Of a stretch of DNA of 64,000 nt, positions 39,502-51,835 are shown piece after piece (position 1 is the stretch's first letter; each line of letters opens with the position of its first letter). A model generated the notes under the pieces. That model was not told the DNA's origin. It saw only the letters and a list, made by a program, of their open reading frames with translations, and ran no database searches. Made by a program: the position numbers and the translations under genes. Origin of the DNA: Octopus sinensis (lineage: Eukaryota); contig NC_043005.1 of NCBI RefSeq assembly GCF_006345805.1, positions 31,992,001 through 32,056,000 of the forward strand. The letters are read 5' to 3'.

Positions 39502-42500
39502 TACTTCCCCCCCCCTCTGATTATTACTTTCCATAAAATCCCCTTGGATACAAACAGAATCTAAAAGGAATTTCAGTAAAAAACGAAAGCATAGTTTTTA
39601 TTTTCCAACTTAATCTTGATATCCTAATATTGTTGAGCAACCCTAATAGCAGCAAGCAACACTTATTGTAACATTTTAAATAGAGGTCACCATCAACTGA
39701 GCTAACGTTAAATATTCTTTCATTTGTTATTTTTTGATTGGTACCCTTGTCATTTTAAAATATTTTATATCATTGTTTTTATGCAATCAATCATTTTCCC
39801 TCTCCTCATTTACAATGAGATCTATCTAAAATGTGAAAGCAGTAAAATAGGCCTGTTCCACACCAACATACTATAAACTTTTGTTAAATTTAATCATTTT
39901 AATTGTATTCACATGTTTGTCTTTTTTTTTCTCTAAACATTTTGAGTATTATCAATTTTTTTGAAATAATGCAATTTGTTTTATTCAACCCATAATTATT
40001 CTTTCTCTGATCCAGTGGATTGTTATGTTTATAAAACTGCACTTTAAGAAATTGAGTTTAGTGATGGGGTTTAATTCTATAAATTATCACATATTAGTTT
40101 CCTGAAAATTATTTTCTTGATCTATATTAGTATATTATTAAACCTGGTTCAAGTAACCATCTTCAGTTGCTATTTCATCAATGTGTTATGTCTAGTATGG
40201 TTAATTTTCCATTTTGACTAATTGATCACTTTTGCTGATTAAAAGATGCTAATGACTTTTTATCATTATCTAAAATATATGAATTTGTGTTTCTTAGTTG
40301 TTACAAATAGGGCATGTGGGCAAGAATATTTAAGCATCTTGGATGTTTTCCTTGTCTTTTAAAAATCCTGTTGAATAAATTTTCTTATTTAAAATGTTAT
40401 TCTACTTCTGAAGTAATAGTAACTAGTTACATTATAAAAGTTTATTTCATCTAATGTTGATTTATCAAACATACTGATGTGAATTATTTATGCTTTAGTG
40501 ATATAATTGTTGTTATTCCAAGTAAAAGGTGTCTTTTATTCAATTAACTCTACTGAAGCTGGTATTACTTTTGTCCAGAAATTGTAACCCTTCAAAAGCA
40601 ATCAGCATTTATATTCTTTAACTAGATATTAAAAAAGAATTATTTTAGATCCTGTTTTATATGTCAATGCTAGAAACACTTATCAATAATGTTATATTCA
40701 ATCTGATTACCTCTGTACTTTTGTAGGGTAATTTCTGTTGTTAGCTTTACATTTTCCCTAACAAAAAAAAAAAAAAGACTACACATTGTTGATATTCTCC
40801 ATTTACGTCTTAAAAACAATGCCCACTGTCCATCTTCAATCTGCTTCTGTATATGCACTACTTGATATTAAAACAATTCCTGGAAGACTAATGTGGTTAA
40901 AATGTAAAACAATTTTGATAAATTTCAAGACATGTTAAATACAAGTTTTGGATATTGGTTTAAATTAACCCTAAGTTTCAATTCTTGTTAAGGGTTGAAT
41001 TAACCCTGAGCTTCAACAGATTTTCTTCTTTGAATTAAATTGTCTGAAATACCTCTGAAATAAAGTGATATTGTTACTAGTGTAGGGATGCATTTGAGAA
41101 GTCTGCTAAATTAGAATATTTTTCTTTTAACATGAATACAGGTCCTTGCCTATTCTGAATTAAATCTTGTTGGTGAATTTTATCCTTTTTATTGTCATTT
41201 ATGTATTTTCCTTTTGCACATCTCAATTCCTAATAAAGGATCTATAAATTAGGAATAGTGCTTGTTTTGTAATGCCTAATTCTATAAAATATTTACAGTA
41301 TGGGAATTATAGATATGAAGGCATCATGATTGATTTAGAAGTGATGGCAACTCAATTTCTCCAGGAGTGGGAAGCAATGATTGAATTATTGAAATAATTG
41401 TTTAAAATACCTAATATTGTATTAGTTAGTTTTACATCAGTTTATTAATGTAGGAAGCATAGTGTTACATTTTAATATTATTCTTACGATTCTTAGTTAT
41501 AAAGAATTTCAAAGTGTAATATATACTCAAATCAGTTATAAAATGTTTTTCTCCCCCATTTCCAGTTGATTCTTTGGTATACTGTGTGCAGTATAAATTG
41601 AATTTGAAACCCTCAACTGAGTTTTCAGTTTAGTAAAACAAGTTGAAAGAGATGCTTGTTCTCTTTGCTTCATAGATATTTCCCTTTCTTGTTGTTTTCG
41701 TAGTTAGTTTGCTACATCTTGCTATTGATTTTAGCTGTGGTTCCTACATGGTGTACCATTAGATGTAGCTAGGAACACTACAAAAATAATAAAATTATAT
41801 TGAAAACTAAATACCAAATGTTATTCTAACTATAAAGTGTTAATATAATAGGAGATATTACAACCAAGAAAGGAAGTGCTTCATTTATTGTAAATCAAAT
41901 ATGGTTATATTTAGTTTCATATGCCCAATCAGTGAATATCATCTAATTTGTTTGTATTTTCCACTGATTACCATAATTTAGATTAACTTCACTTAATATT
42001 TCCCCTCACATATTCAGTTCAAGTAAAAAAAAAAAATACCCACTAATTTACCATAGATCACTGATGGACAACTTGTGGAAATCATTTATACATTTTCTTC
42101 TATTTATGGTACTCAACATTTTTTTTTCTCTATTTAAGAATCAAAATAGAAAGAATTATCTTTCCAAAATCTATTTCAATAAGCACTTCAATTAGAGAAA
42201 AGAGAAAGGATCTTCATTATTTAGATTATGCAAAAGATAATTGTTTTATACTGGCTTATCACAATAAGGTCTTTTAGAAAGGTTATTCTTTCAAGAAAGC
42301 ATGGTCAAGCAGATTTACATTGTTTTACTGCTATGTATGAAATGTGATTTTTTTTTTTTTATTAAAACATAGATGATGATCTTTACATTTTCTATATTGT
42401 AAGACAAATGGAACTGACCTGTTACTTTTAGACAATGTTAACCCTTTCATTACTATATTTCTAACCAAAATACACCGCTCATGAGTTTCAATTAAATTCT

Positions 42501-42967
42501 AAAATATTCCTAAATTTAGACTAGTTTCATTAAACAACTGTAACTTTTTTACTTATCAACATATTAATGTGATATTTGGAACATAATTGAAGAGAGGGTT
42601 TTTAATAAATTCTGTTGCATAATTTTTGTCTCAAAGTGACTAATTACAGGTAAATTCAGGTAAACTGAGCAAAATGTAAAAATATTTATATTTTGTTTAA
42701 ACATTACCATAGAAAATTAGTCCTCAGCTAATATTTAATTGAGGTATGCAACAAAATTTTGATATAGAAGAATTGTGCACATCACTAGATTATCAATTGA
42801 ATTTAATGCACAGAAGAACAGGTGTACCATAAAGGTAAAATAAACTGAAATACTGGAATTTGTTTTTGAAGAAAACTAGAAAATTAAATATAACTGAACA
42901 AAATATACTTACACACATACATGAATACACAGGAACATATATAATAAAGATTTACAATAGAAATTAA

Positions 42968-43767
42968 CCCCTTAATGGATCAATTATTTTGACATGGCGT
43001 TTCATTTCAGAGCATTTTTTTTCCTTTTTAATTATATACAATGTTAATTACAAAAAAAATTTTTTTTTTGTTTCCTTTATTTTTTATTATAGTAATTAAA
43101 ATGTACTTTTACTCATTTGGATTTAAACGAGTTAACTTGGACATTTTTATAAGATGTATTGCTATTAAATCAAAGGAAAAATTTTTTTTAAATGAGATAG
43201 TTTATTTAGAATGATAATTTTTAAAACAAGGAGTTACACACAAAGTTATCTTGCAGACATCACACATGTATCTGCTTTCTCTTCGAATCTTCTTTTCTTT
43301 AGCATCTCTCTCCTCTGCACATTTTGCACACATGTCTAATTCATCCCCAGAGCTTTCCAGATCAGGAAATGAAAAATCGCTTTCGTGATCACTGAATATA
43401 TCTAAATATTCATCCATTTTGAGGGGGAAAATGCGTAAATAATTCTCTTATTTGTATAAATAATAGAGAATCATCAAAATGAGACGGTTCTAAAATGACA
43501 TCAACCTCCTCCTGAATCTGAGTATGCACTGAAGTAAAAGCTGAAAACTCCGAAGCATAAATTCTTTGAAATGGCACCAGAATACGTGCTGCCAGGCATA
43601 CGACAATGCGAGTAAATTCTTGCTTGCTCAAAAATGAAACAACACAAAAACAAATAAACTCACTTGAGTGCTAAAATTAAAAGTTAATTTTGACCAAGTA
43701 TACTCGTCTGGTTCTAAAAAGATACATTTGTGATGCATGAATAAACTCGGGATAATTCATTAAGGAG
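42968..43767 (-). mobile_element. Nested 800-bp piggyBac of a different family
   Basis: TTAA at 42964-42967 and 43768-43771; TIR CCCCTTAATGGAT vs (rc) CTCCTTAATGAAT, 11/13; related subterminal palindromic motifs GACCAAGTATACTCGTC (about 43692) and ACGAGTTAACTTGG (about 43127). Confidence 0.85.
43202..43417 (-). CDS. Intact 71-aa mini-transposase ORF: acidic N-terminus fused to a piggyBac C-terminal cysteine-rich domain
   Basis: MDEYLDIFSDHESDFSFPDLESSGDELD followed by C30-x2-C33-x18-C52-x2-C55-x4-C60-x3-C64-F-x2-Y-H69; AAAATGG start context; AATAAA about 115 nt after the stop. Expression not shown. Confidence 0.6.
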   Translation of the reverse strand: MDEYLDIFSDHESDFSFPDLESSGDELDMCAKCAEERDAKEKKIRRESRYMCDVCKITLCVTPCFKNYHSK

Positions 43768-43883
43768 TTAAATCAAAACTTGTCACTCACCTTACAGGCA
43801 AATTAAAATTACAGGTAAATTAAAATAAAAAGTTAAACTAAGTAAATTTGAAAAATATTTATACGATCTAATTATACATATAT

Positions 43884-45464
43884 TCACACAATATTTCTAT
43901 CATGGAAAGTTGTAAAACATCCCTCTCTACATACTGCAACCTTGCAGAATGCACATTGGAAATACTTTTCAACTGGCCATCAACTAGGAGTTTTTCTTTG
44001 TTGATGTAGACATTCACGGCTCTGCCTTTTGCGACCCCTGATGTTTTCTAATTTATGTAGATTGGCTGAACTCAGGAATGTCTCTCTGGCAGGCTTTGCT
44101 TTTCCTTCTTGCAGTTATTTTTTTAGAAGAATAACCTGCGTTGGTACATCTCAGAATTGCAGATGGTCGCACCACTTGCAAACCCCCTCCTGATTTGGTA
44201 TATAATATAAATGCATTTACAATGCTCATGTTTACTATATACCAAACCAGGTATAGTCACCATTTATTACCTAGTCTACAAACCAGATAATAACTCATCA
44301 TCTGGTTCAGCCGATCCACACTGCTTGTGCACAGGTAGATAGAAAATTTATTTGCCTCTTATCTTTATATGCTGTCGCTAGCAGATTTCTTTTCTGCCGT
44401 TGGATTATTTCACCTCTGTTTTTTAATTTTGCTTTTTTTATATCCAATGACAGCCCTTGTCTACTAGCAATTACTGTAGCACACATATACATTGCCACAG
44501 CTTCTAAATCCACTGCAGGTTTGACTGAACTAAAAAATCGGTCAAAAAAATAATATACAGCCCTGGTTATGGTATGGAAGTGATAAATTCCAGACCACAT
44601 TGTACCCTAGGCCATGCTGACTAACATTATTGTCTCTTTTCCCTGTATAAAAGCTAAATCCACAGCAGTGCCCAGTATTTGCTTCACAAATTTTCCAAAC
44701 TTTGATTCCCCATTATGTGGGCTTTCCTGGCATATACTGTACCATTCCTTTATACCCCACCATGCCCTCATTGATGGATAAGTATCTCCCAGGGTTGTAA
44801 AATGTTTTATATTTCCTTTTTGAACGCAGTCGATGAGGGGTTTTATAAGGGATCAGTTTGGTTCTCCGCGTACTGGGGTACTGCTAGTGTCTCTCACATG
44901 TACATACTGTTCTGTTTCACAAATTGTATTCAGGTCATAATGGTGGAAACATACTGATCGCCAAAAGGTTCCTGATTGCTCCAGTAATTTATAATTCTGG
45001 GTAACTGTCTTATACCCATAATAATATTTATGGCAAAGAATGCCAATATTTCACCTATGGTTGTAGGAAACCACAAGCGATCTTTTTTTCCAGCTTGTTT
45101 ACATTCTGCGTAATGGTTTGTTTCCACAGTAATTGCTTCAAACAAGCATGCTGGAAAAAATAAAAAGAAAAAGTCTAATGGTTTTGCTTCCTGAGAAAGA
45201 CTATGGGTAGACCCTGTCTCCTCAGAAAAATTGTTAGTAAAAACTTTTAAACTTTTTACTCCATTCTGGTGTAAAATCATCCTCGCTGTCAATGTCACCG
45301 TTTTCCATTTCTTCAGAATCGCTAGGTTCAGACAAAGAAATATCCGATTCATTTTCGTCCACCACGTGCTTTTGCACCTCATTCATTCTTTTCCTTGATA
45401 TCTCCGTATCTTCGGTTGAAATGCCTTCAAATTCGGAATCACTGCTTGATAGCATGAAATTCAA
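43884..45464 (-). pseudogene. piggyBac transposase pseudogene
   Basis: Acidic N-terminus (45464), ITVETNHYA, IIMGIRQLPRIINYWS, MPGKPT*WGIKVWKICEANTG, FFDRFFSSV, YKDKRQINFLST and a C-terminal Cys-rich ...RECLHQQRKTPS*WPVEKYFQCAFCKVAVCREGCFTTFHDRNIV*. Multiple stops and frameshifts. Confidence 0.9.
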
Positions 45465-47096
45465 GTTGAAAAAAAATTAACGCCAAAATAGACGTAGAAA
45501 AAAATCTTCCGAAATTCCATGCCAAACAATGCCGGATACAGTAACTCAACTGTTTGCAAAATGAAATCGCTTGTTTTAATGAATGTACTAATGAGATTTG
45601 GGTTCAAATTTACAATTGAATAACAATGGGTGCTCTCGGCAGGCTACAGCCGGGTTGGTCTTATGAACAAAAAATTTTTTTGGCCAGCTACAGCCGGGTT
45701 AGTAATGAAACAGTTAAATAATTTAGTAACCTAGAGTATGTTCTTCTCAACGGTAGTGTGGGCTTACAAAGCAGTTTATTTTGTTTGCCATCATTGACAT
45801 TATGGCACTGCTAACATTGTAGCAGCTTTATCAAAAAGGGAGGGAATTCCTTTATTAAAACGGTCGTTTAGTATAAGAAAATTAATTTGTAATTTCCTTT
45901 AACAAAGAACATGTATATGTAAGTGAATGTGAGTGTATATGTATGTAGTTCATATCAAAGTAGACATTGGAGCATGGCACAGTCCTCCAGTTCGTCAGAG
46001 CCTGTCAAACCATCCAGGCCACGATGCATGGAAGTTAATTGTTAAGCACGATGATAATGGTGTGTGTGTATTATATACTAATGTAGATATGTATACATAG
46101 AAACACAGTATTTACACACATAATTTATATTGATGGGAATGCATGTGTGATGTGTTGTATTATATATATATATATATATATATCAAACTGTTCGAACAAG
46201 AACATGAAACTCTGAGCAACAGCTTTTGTTATATTTCTGTTGCTTTTAAATAAAGAATATACATATATATATATATTTATATTTTTTGTTCCAAATTTGT
46301 GTGAATGTACAGAATAATATCAGTTGAATATAGTTAAAACGTGGTCTGGTTTTGGCATTTTTTTTTATGGTATTTTAACATTAGAAAAATATTTTGTATT
46401 GCTTATAAAGTGTTATAAGCGCTTTTATACATTCGTAGTAATCCTCAGATTTCAAACTTATTTAACTGATGCTGTAGTACCCCTCAGAACGTGCCAACAA
46501 ACTGAATTTTTGGAATATGGTTTTGAACAATTCGCATGCAGCTTAAACGTCACAGTTTGCTGGGCATACCAATATTCTACACTTGTTTATATTCATGTTA
46601 AAGATATTTTTTAATCTACATCATTAAATGGTTGTTATATTATTGTTGTTATTTCCATTCAGAACAAGTTTGAATATTTTAACCTCACTTGTGTCATGTA
46701 GTTTGTGGAAAGGAAGAATAAGAAACATTTTCTGACCACATTTCTATATGTTTGCCTAATGGAATTTGGTGAACATTGGCGTTCCGGATTTGTTGTCTGT
46801 GGACTCATGAGCGTTGTGATAATGCATTCCCCATCTTACCTATATATATATATATATATATATAGTTCCTCACAATCTGAGCATTGAATGCAATAGATCA
46901 GATTTTTGCTTTTGCAGTTCATATCTGCATTTGAGTAAAATCTGTCCATTTCTTTTGTTCTAATGGATCTACTAGTATGCATGTATTAATACATGCCACA
47001 TCTGTTATCATTACACTTGGATACTGTGAATGTATTATGTTTGTTCATTGTTGAATTTTGCTTTTGTTAATTCTTTCATTAAGTTATATATGTGTG

Positions 47097-47102
<6 letters not shown>

Positions 47103-47185
<83 letters not shown>

Positions 47186-47509
47186 GGGTAAAGGTGATGA
47201 TTTAGATGGAAATAACTACAGGGGTATCAAATTATTGAATCAGGTGATGAAAGTTATTGAGAGGGCCATAGCCCAATTAATTAGGGAGAGAATTAGCTTA
47301 GATGAGAGGCACTTTTGTTTTGTGCTAGGCTGAAGTACCAGTGATGCTATATGTGTGTGTGTGTATGTATGTATGTATGTATGTACGTATGTGTATGTAT
47401 GTATGTATGTACGTATGTATATGTATGTACGTATGTATATGTATGTATGTATGTATGTACATATGTATGTATGTACGTATGTATGTGTATATATATATAT
47501 ATATATACA
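47103..47509. repeat. Long (TA)n tract (47103-47180) and degenerate (TATG)n/(TA)n tract (about 47350-47509)
   Basis: Direct reading of the sequence. Confidence 0.95.
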
Positions 47510-47713
47510 TCATAAGCTCTATTCCAAATTCTCACTTATTTCCAAATACTGTAATACTTCCCCATAGCCATTGTTTTCACCAAATATTGGAATGAAGGAC
47601 ACTGCTGAAGTGATGATAGTAATGCTTATTTACAACTATCTGTAGATGTGAAGACAAGAGACACGTACATACTCAGTGTGCGTGTGTGCATATTTGCATT
47701 AAGATTGACATTA

Positions 47714-48318
47714 TAAGGGCGTACTCAAAAGATAAAAGATACGGGAATTTTGCAATATTATTTTATTCACTTACTTTTACATGTTTACACTTTTATTGCC
47801 TTCAAAGTATTCTGCAGTTGAAGTAAAGCATCGGTCCAGATGCATTTTCCACTGTTCAAAGCAGTCCTGGAACTCTTGTGAAGTGATGCCTTTTAATACC
47901 TCCATCACTTTTTCTTTACTTCTTCCACATCTGCAAAATGTTTTCCTTTAAGGACTTTATCCATTTCGTGGAACAAAAAACAGTTGCAGGGAGCAAGATC
48001 AGGTGATTAGGAATGGTGGGAAAGTGAGATCGTGCCATTTTTGGTCAAAATCACTCGTACTCAAAGCGATGTGCAGAACTTCCAAGTAAAATGTCTGGTT
48101 AACACTTTGATGGGGAGGAATAAATTGTGTGGACGAGTCCTTTCGCATCATCTTGACATTGGACTTCACTTGATGTGCTTTTTTGGGACATGGTGACATT
48201 GAATGCTTTCATTGACTTGATTGCTGCTTCATTTCCTGGCTGTAGCAGTGTGAGAGACTGTTTACATTCTGCACTGAGCTTAGGTGCAGACTGTTGTTTG
48301 TCATTTTAGCCACCAATG
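47714..48318 (-). mobile_element. Decayed, internally deleted mariner
   Basis: TIR-like AAGGGCGTACTCAAAAG at 47715; minus-strand SPCPKKAHQVKSNVK, PPHQSVNQTFYLEVL, SPDLAPCNCF and the C-terminal EYFEG motif. Confidence 0.75.
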
Positions 48319-48320
48319 TA

Positions 48321-49279
48321 AGAAGGTTGGCTGAAAAGTTCATTAGCTGACTGAGATACTCCCATGAATGCGACCAAATGAGGTTTATTTTTCAGCATAA
48401 TCCTCTTTGTGGTCCATATTCTTCTTCCATTGGTGTTGCAGTGCTTGGAGCCCATTGGTGAACAAAGAAGGTCATCAACAGCAGATATGACATCCGAACC
48501 AAGTGTCTTTTCATGTTGGGGAACAAATGATAGTCAGATGGAGCTAAATCAGGAGAATAAAGAGGATGGTCACCCGGTTCAAAGCCGGAGCTACATACCA
48601 GAACATTGTCTTGATGAAACAATGTCCCTTTCACTAGTTTTCGTCGTTTGGTCTTGGTAGCCTTTCATAACTGTCTCAGCACATTGGTATAGTACTCTCC
48701 ATCTTCTTTTTGAAGATATGTCAGATTTTGCCATCCTGGTGCACTATCGACCAGGTGTCAGAAGATGTGACACTCACCAAACAGAAACCTTTATGACACC
48801 AGGTTCATTGTGCAGAACATTCTCAACTCTCACAGGATGTGCCAATAGCATTGGCTATTTCATTTATAGTCAATCACCTGTCATCCATCAGCATGTGATG
48901 AAGATAATGTTTTCTTCAGTGGTGGTAGTTTCAGGTCATCAAGTATCTCCCTACTCCTCCTAAATTCAGTTTCTCATTTTTACACTGTTGATAAAGCTGG
49001 AGCTTCACCCTCTAATGTAGCAACCATATCAGCATGAATGTCCTTGGGAACTAAAACCTTCTGCAGGTGCTTGGTAAAAACATAATGCCAAATTTTGTCG
49101 TTTTTCCCAAGAAGTCCCTGTAGTTACTTTTGAAGTCTTTCAATAGTCAGATGTTAGTTTACCTGGTGGGGAAAATGCCCTTATTAAGAAGAGATGAAAT
49201 TAATGCATGCAAGATTTTGCAACTGTAGCATCATATTTCTCCTTCATAGCCAACTTATGAACTTTTCAGCTCACCCTGA
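48321..49279 (-). mobile_element. Decayed mariner of a second family
   Basis: TA-flanked TIRs AGAAGGTTGGCTGAAAAGTTCAT / (rc) TCAGGGTGAGCTGAAAAGTTCAT; minus-strand LFHQDN and HPLYSPDLAPSDYHLFPNMKRHL. Confidence 0.82.
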
Positions 49280-51502
49280 TACGAAAATTGTAAATTTCAG
49301 AAGTCCATCTGTCACACAATTACAGTAGGTTACCACCCAGTTACTTTAAGAGATCATTACAGCACAAAACTGAAAGCTAGATAGAAAAAACATTTGTTAA
49401 TATTACTACTATCCTATATAAGATAGAATTTCACTAAAATTTATACTATGTATGGAACCTACAGCAAAATACAAGTCAAAAATTTAAGTCAGATACAACA
49501 CAAAAAATAAACAATGAAAGTATCTAGCAATTAACTGCTATATTTTGAATCTAGTAATGGCGTTTTTTTATCAATGACTGCATCATCCTTGTAATTGCTT
49601 GCTGCCTACAACAAAATGTAACAACACATCACTTTTATTTCATTCAAAGTATAATGCCAAAAAGACATTAAAATGTTAGTTTATATGTTTGTTATATATG
49701 TCTGTATCATTATCACCATTTTGGCTTGAGTAAGATGATTTGACAGAATTCAATGGGACAGAGGACCACATTAGGCTCCAGTGTTTCATTTTTGGCATGG
49801 TTTCTATGGCTGGACATATTTCCTAGCACCAACTACTTTACGAATCAGCAGTATAGTGGTAGCTTTGTCATCAGCAACACTAAAATGGCCTGTCAAGCTA
49901 TGTGTTGTTGCTGTTAGATCAATTACCAATCATTTAGAGAGACTACAGGATTTTTGTGGCACCCAGTATACTGTTGGAGTCTCCATGCAGCTTGCAAAGT
50001 AAAATAGAACCTCCATGATGGGAGTACCAGACTTATTGTGAGAGGATAGTAATGGAGAATTGTGTGTGTGTGTATACATATTGTGAAGGTGTATAGTGTA
50101 GCTGAGGTGGTTAGGTAGGGGGCCCACAATCATAAAGTGATGAGTTTGATTTTTGGACTTGGCAGGAATAATCTGTTCACATTGTTGCAGTTTACTCACC
50201 TGTAAATGAATACTGCCATAATGCTGGTGCAAGTGTGGTACAAGTTACGAGGGTATATTTGTTTATTGGTAACTACTAAGCTGTTTGATTTTCACATTTC
50301 CATTTTATGCCACAATAATCAGAAATGCACACATCAAAAAAATTTCACCCTGTGTTAAATCTCAGTTGTTAATTATCGTTATTATAATTAACTCTACATT
50401 TATGTGTGTGTGTGTGTGTACTTTTGTAGGAAAAATTTAACCAGAAATGAATCCTTAAATTTTTTGAAATGTTGTGTCTGTTTTCTGTGCCCATCCTTAT
50501 ATATTCATTTATTTAGTTGAATTTATTTGATCTGATATGGGTCTAATTAAAGAACGACTTTATTTTTCTAAGAAATATTTTTCCCAAAAATGTGATGGCT
50601 GGGGAAGGGGCGAAACTATTGTCAGTCTTTGCAGCTAAATGACAAAACACTTCAGTTCTTCAGTGCAATGTTTGTCTTTATGGAACTTGCTTTTGTTGCT
50701 CCCTCTGAGTGTTGTGACTTTTATTCTATCACTACTCTGTCTTAACAGTCCATGGGTGCAGCCATTTTACCTCTGGAGCCCTTAATGTGCAACTCACCAT
50801 TTTCGGTAAGTACTGCTCATTATAGTGGAGAAGGAACACTTTTATTATTTTGTCAATATAATGTTACTAATAATGTACTGCCTTTTCTAAATTAGGTAAA
50901 AATGTTTATTAAAGATAGTATATATTGCATTGCAGGATTGCCGATTCTAGCAATAAATTTACATTGGAATACTAGAAACTGAAACAAATATATTGATTAG
51001 CAGCCAATTTGTTTTTTTCCTTTTTCTCTTTCATATATTTTTTGTTTTTGTTGCTTTGTTTAAAATTTTCTCTCCTTTTCATGTATTTTCTCTTAATTCT
51101 GATATTTGCATATCATAAAGGGATATTTAGATTTTTTTTTTTTAAATATTTGTATATATACGATTAAATATTTTCTCTTTGAAGTATCTTATTGATAGGC
51201 TGCAATGGATTTTGTTCCCTCTCTAGGATGACAGGATGCAATAGTCATTAGTTATTCTAACCAACTCAGTATAATACTAGTAATTATTGAGAAGTAAAAC
51301 TATAGTTTAATTTTCAAAATATTGTCTAAAAGAATGATGACAATTGTTTCCCCTTAAAGAACTGGATTAGAGACCATGTGATATCTTTGTTGTCAACTTG
51401 TCCACCTCTAATTTCTCATAAATCTTGTACTTTAGCCCTTATTTTGGTGTTTTTATAACATCAGATGGCTGTCTGTTGTCACAGTTCAGCATTTTTAAAG
51501 CA

Positions 51503-51740
51503 TGAGGTGTATTCAAAAATTATCCGACTTAATTTTTTCCTGCCAAAACTAATGTCATGTGAGCAAAATCCTTTGGGAGGTGACGCTGCCCTTCCTCAGT
51601 ACAGATGTGTAGTCTATTGGAGTGAAAATTTTCACACATGCGTAAGAAAGATGACATCACCTCCCACCCAAAGGATTTTCCATGTGGCATTAGATTTGGT
51701 GGGAAAAAGATAGTCAAATATTTTTTTTGAACGTACCTCA
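51503..51740. mobile_element. Mariner-type MITE with long (about 85-bp) imperfect TIRs
   Basis: TGAGGTGTATTCAAAAA...AAAATCCTTTGGGAGGTGAC vs the reverse complement of the right end TGAGGTACGTTCAAAAA...AAAATCCTTTGGGTGGGAGGTGAT. Confidence 0.75.
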
Positions 51741-51835
51741 TATATTGAGTTCGGAAATTTACCCTATTGTGAACATAAATTTGTACATGTTGAATAGAGC
51801 ATTCAGTTAGGAAAAACAAAACTCAACTTAAACCA

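Larger units (their letters stand above)
42442..45713 (-). mobile_element. Full-length but decayed piggyBac transposon (about 2.47 kb without the nested insert)
   Basis: TTAA at 42438-42441 and 45714-45717; TIR CCCTTTCATTACTA vs (rc) CTGTTTCATTACTA, 12/14; subterminal GCTACAGCCGGGTT twice; left end clearly homologous to 17358-17685. Confidence 0.92.

Noticed and set aside
43410-43631. 73-aa minus ORF upstream of the mini-transposase
   Set aside because: It starts at TTG and has no recognisable motif; it is most likely the 5' UTR or intron of the nested element.
47325-47595. YIHT/MYVC-repeat ORFs here, and similar ones at 3471-3926, 7435-7712 and 12858-13157
   Set aside because: They are translations of (TA)n/(TATG)n/(CA)n microsatellites.
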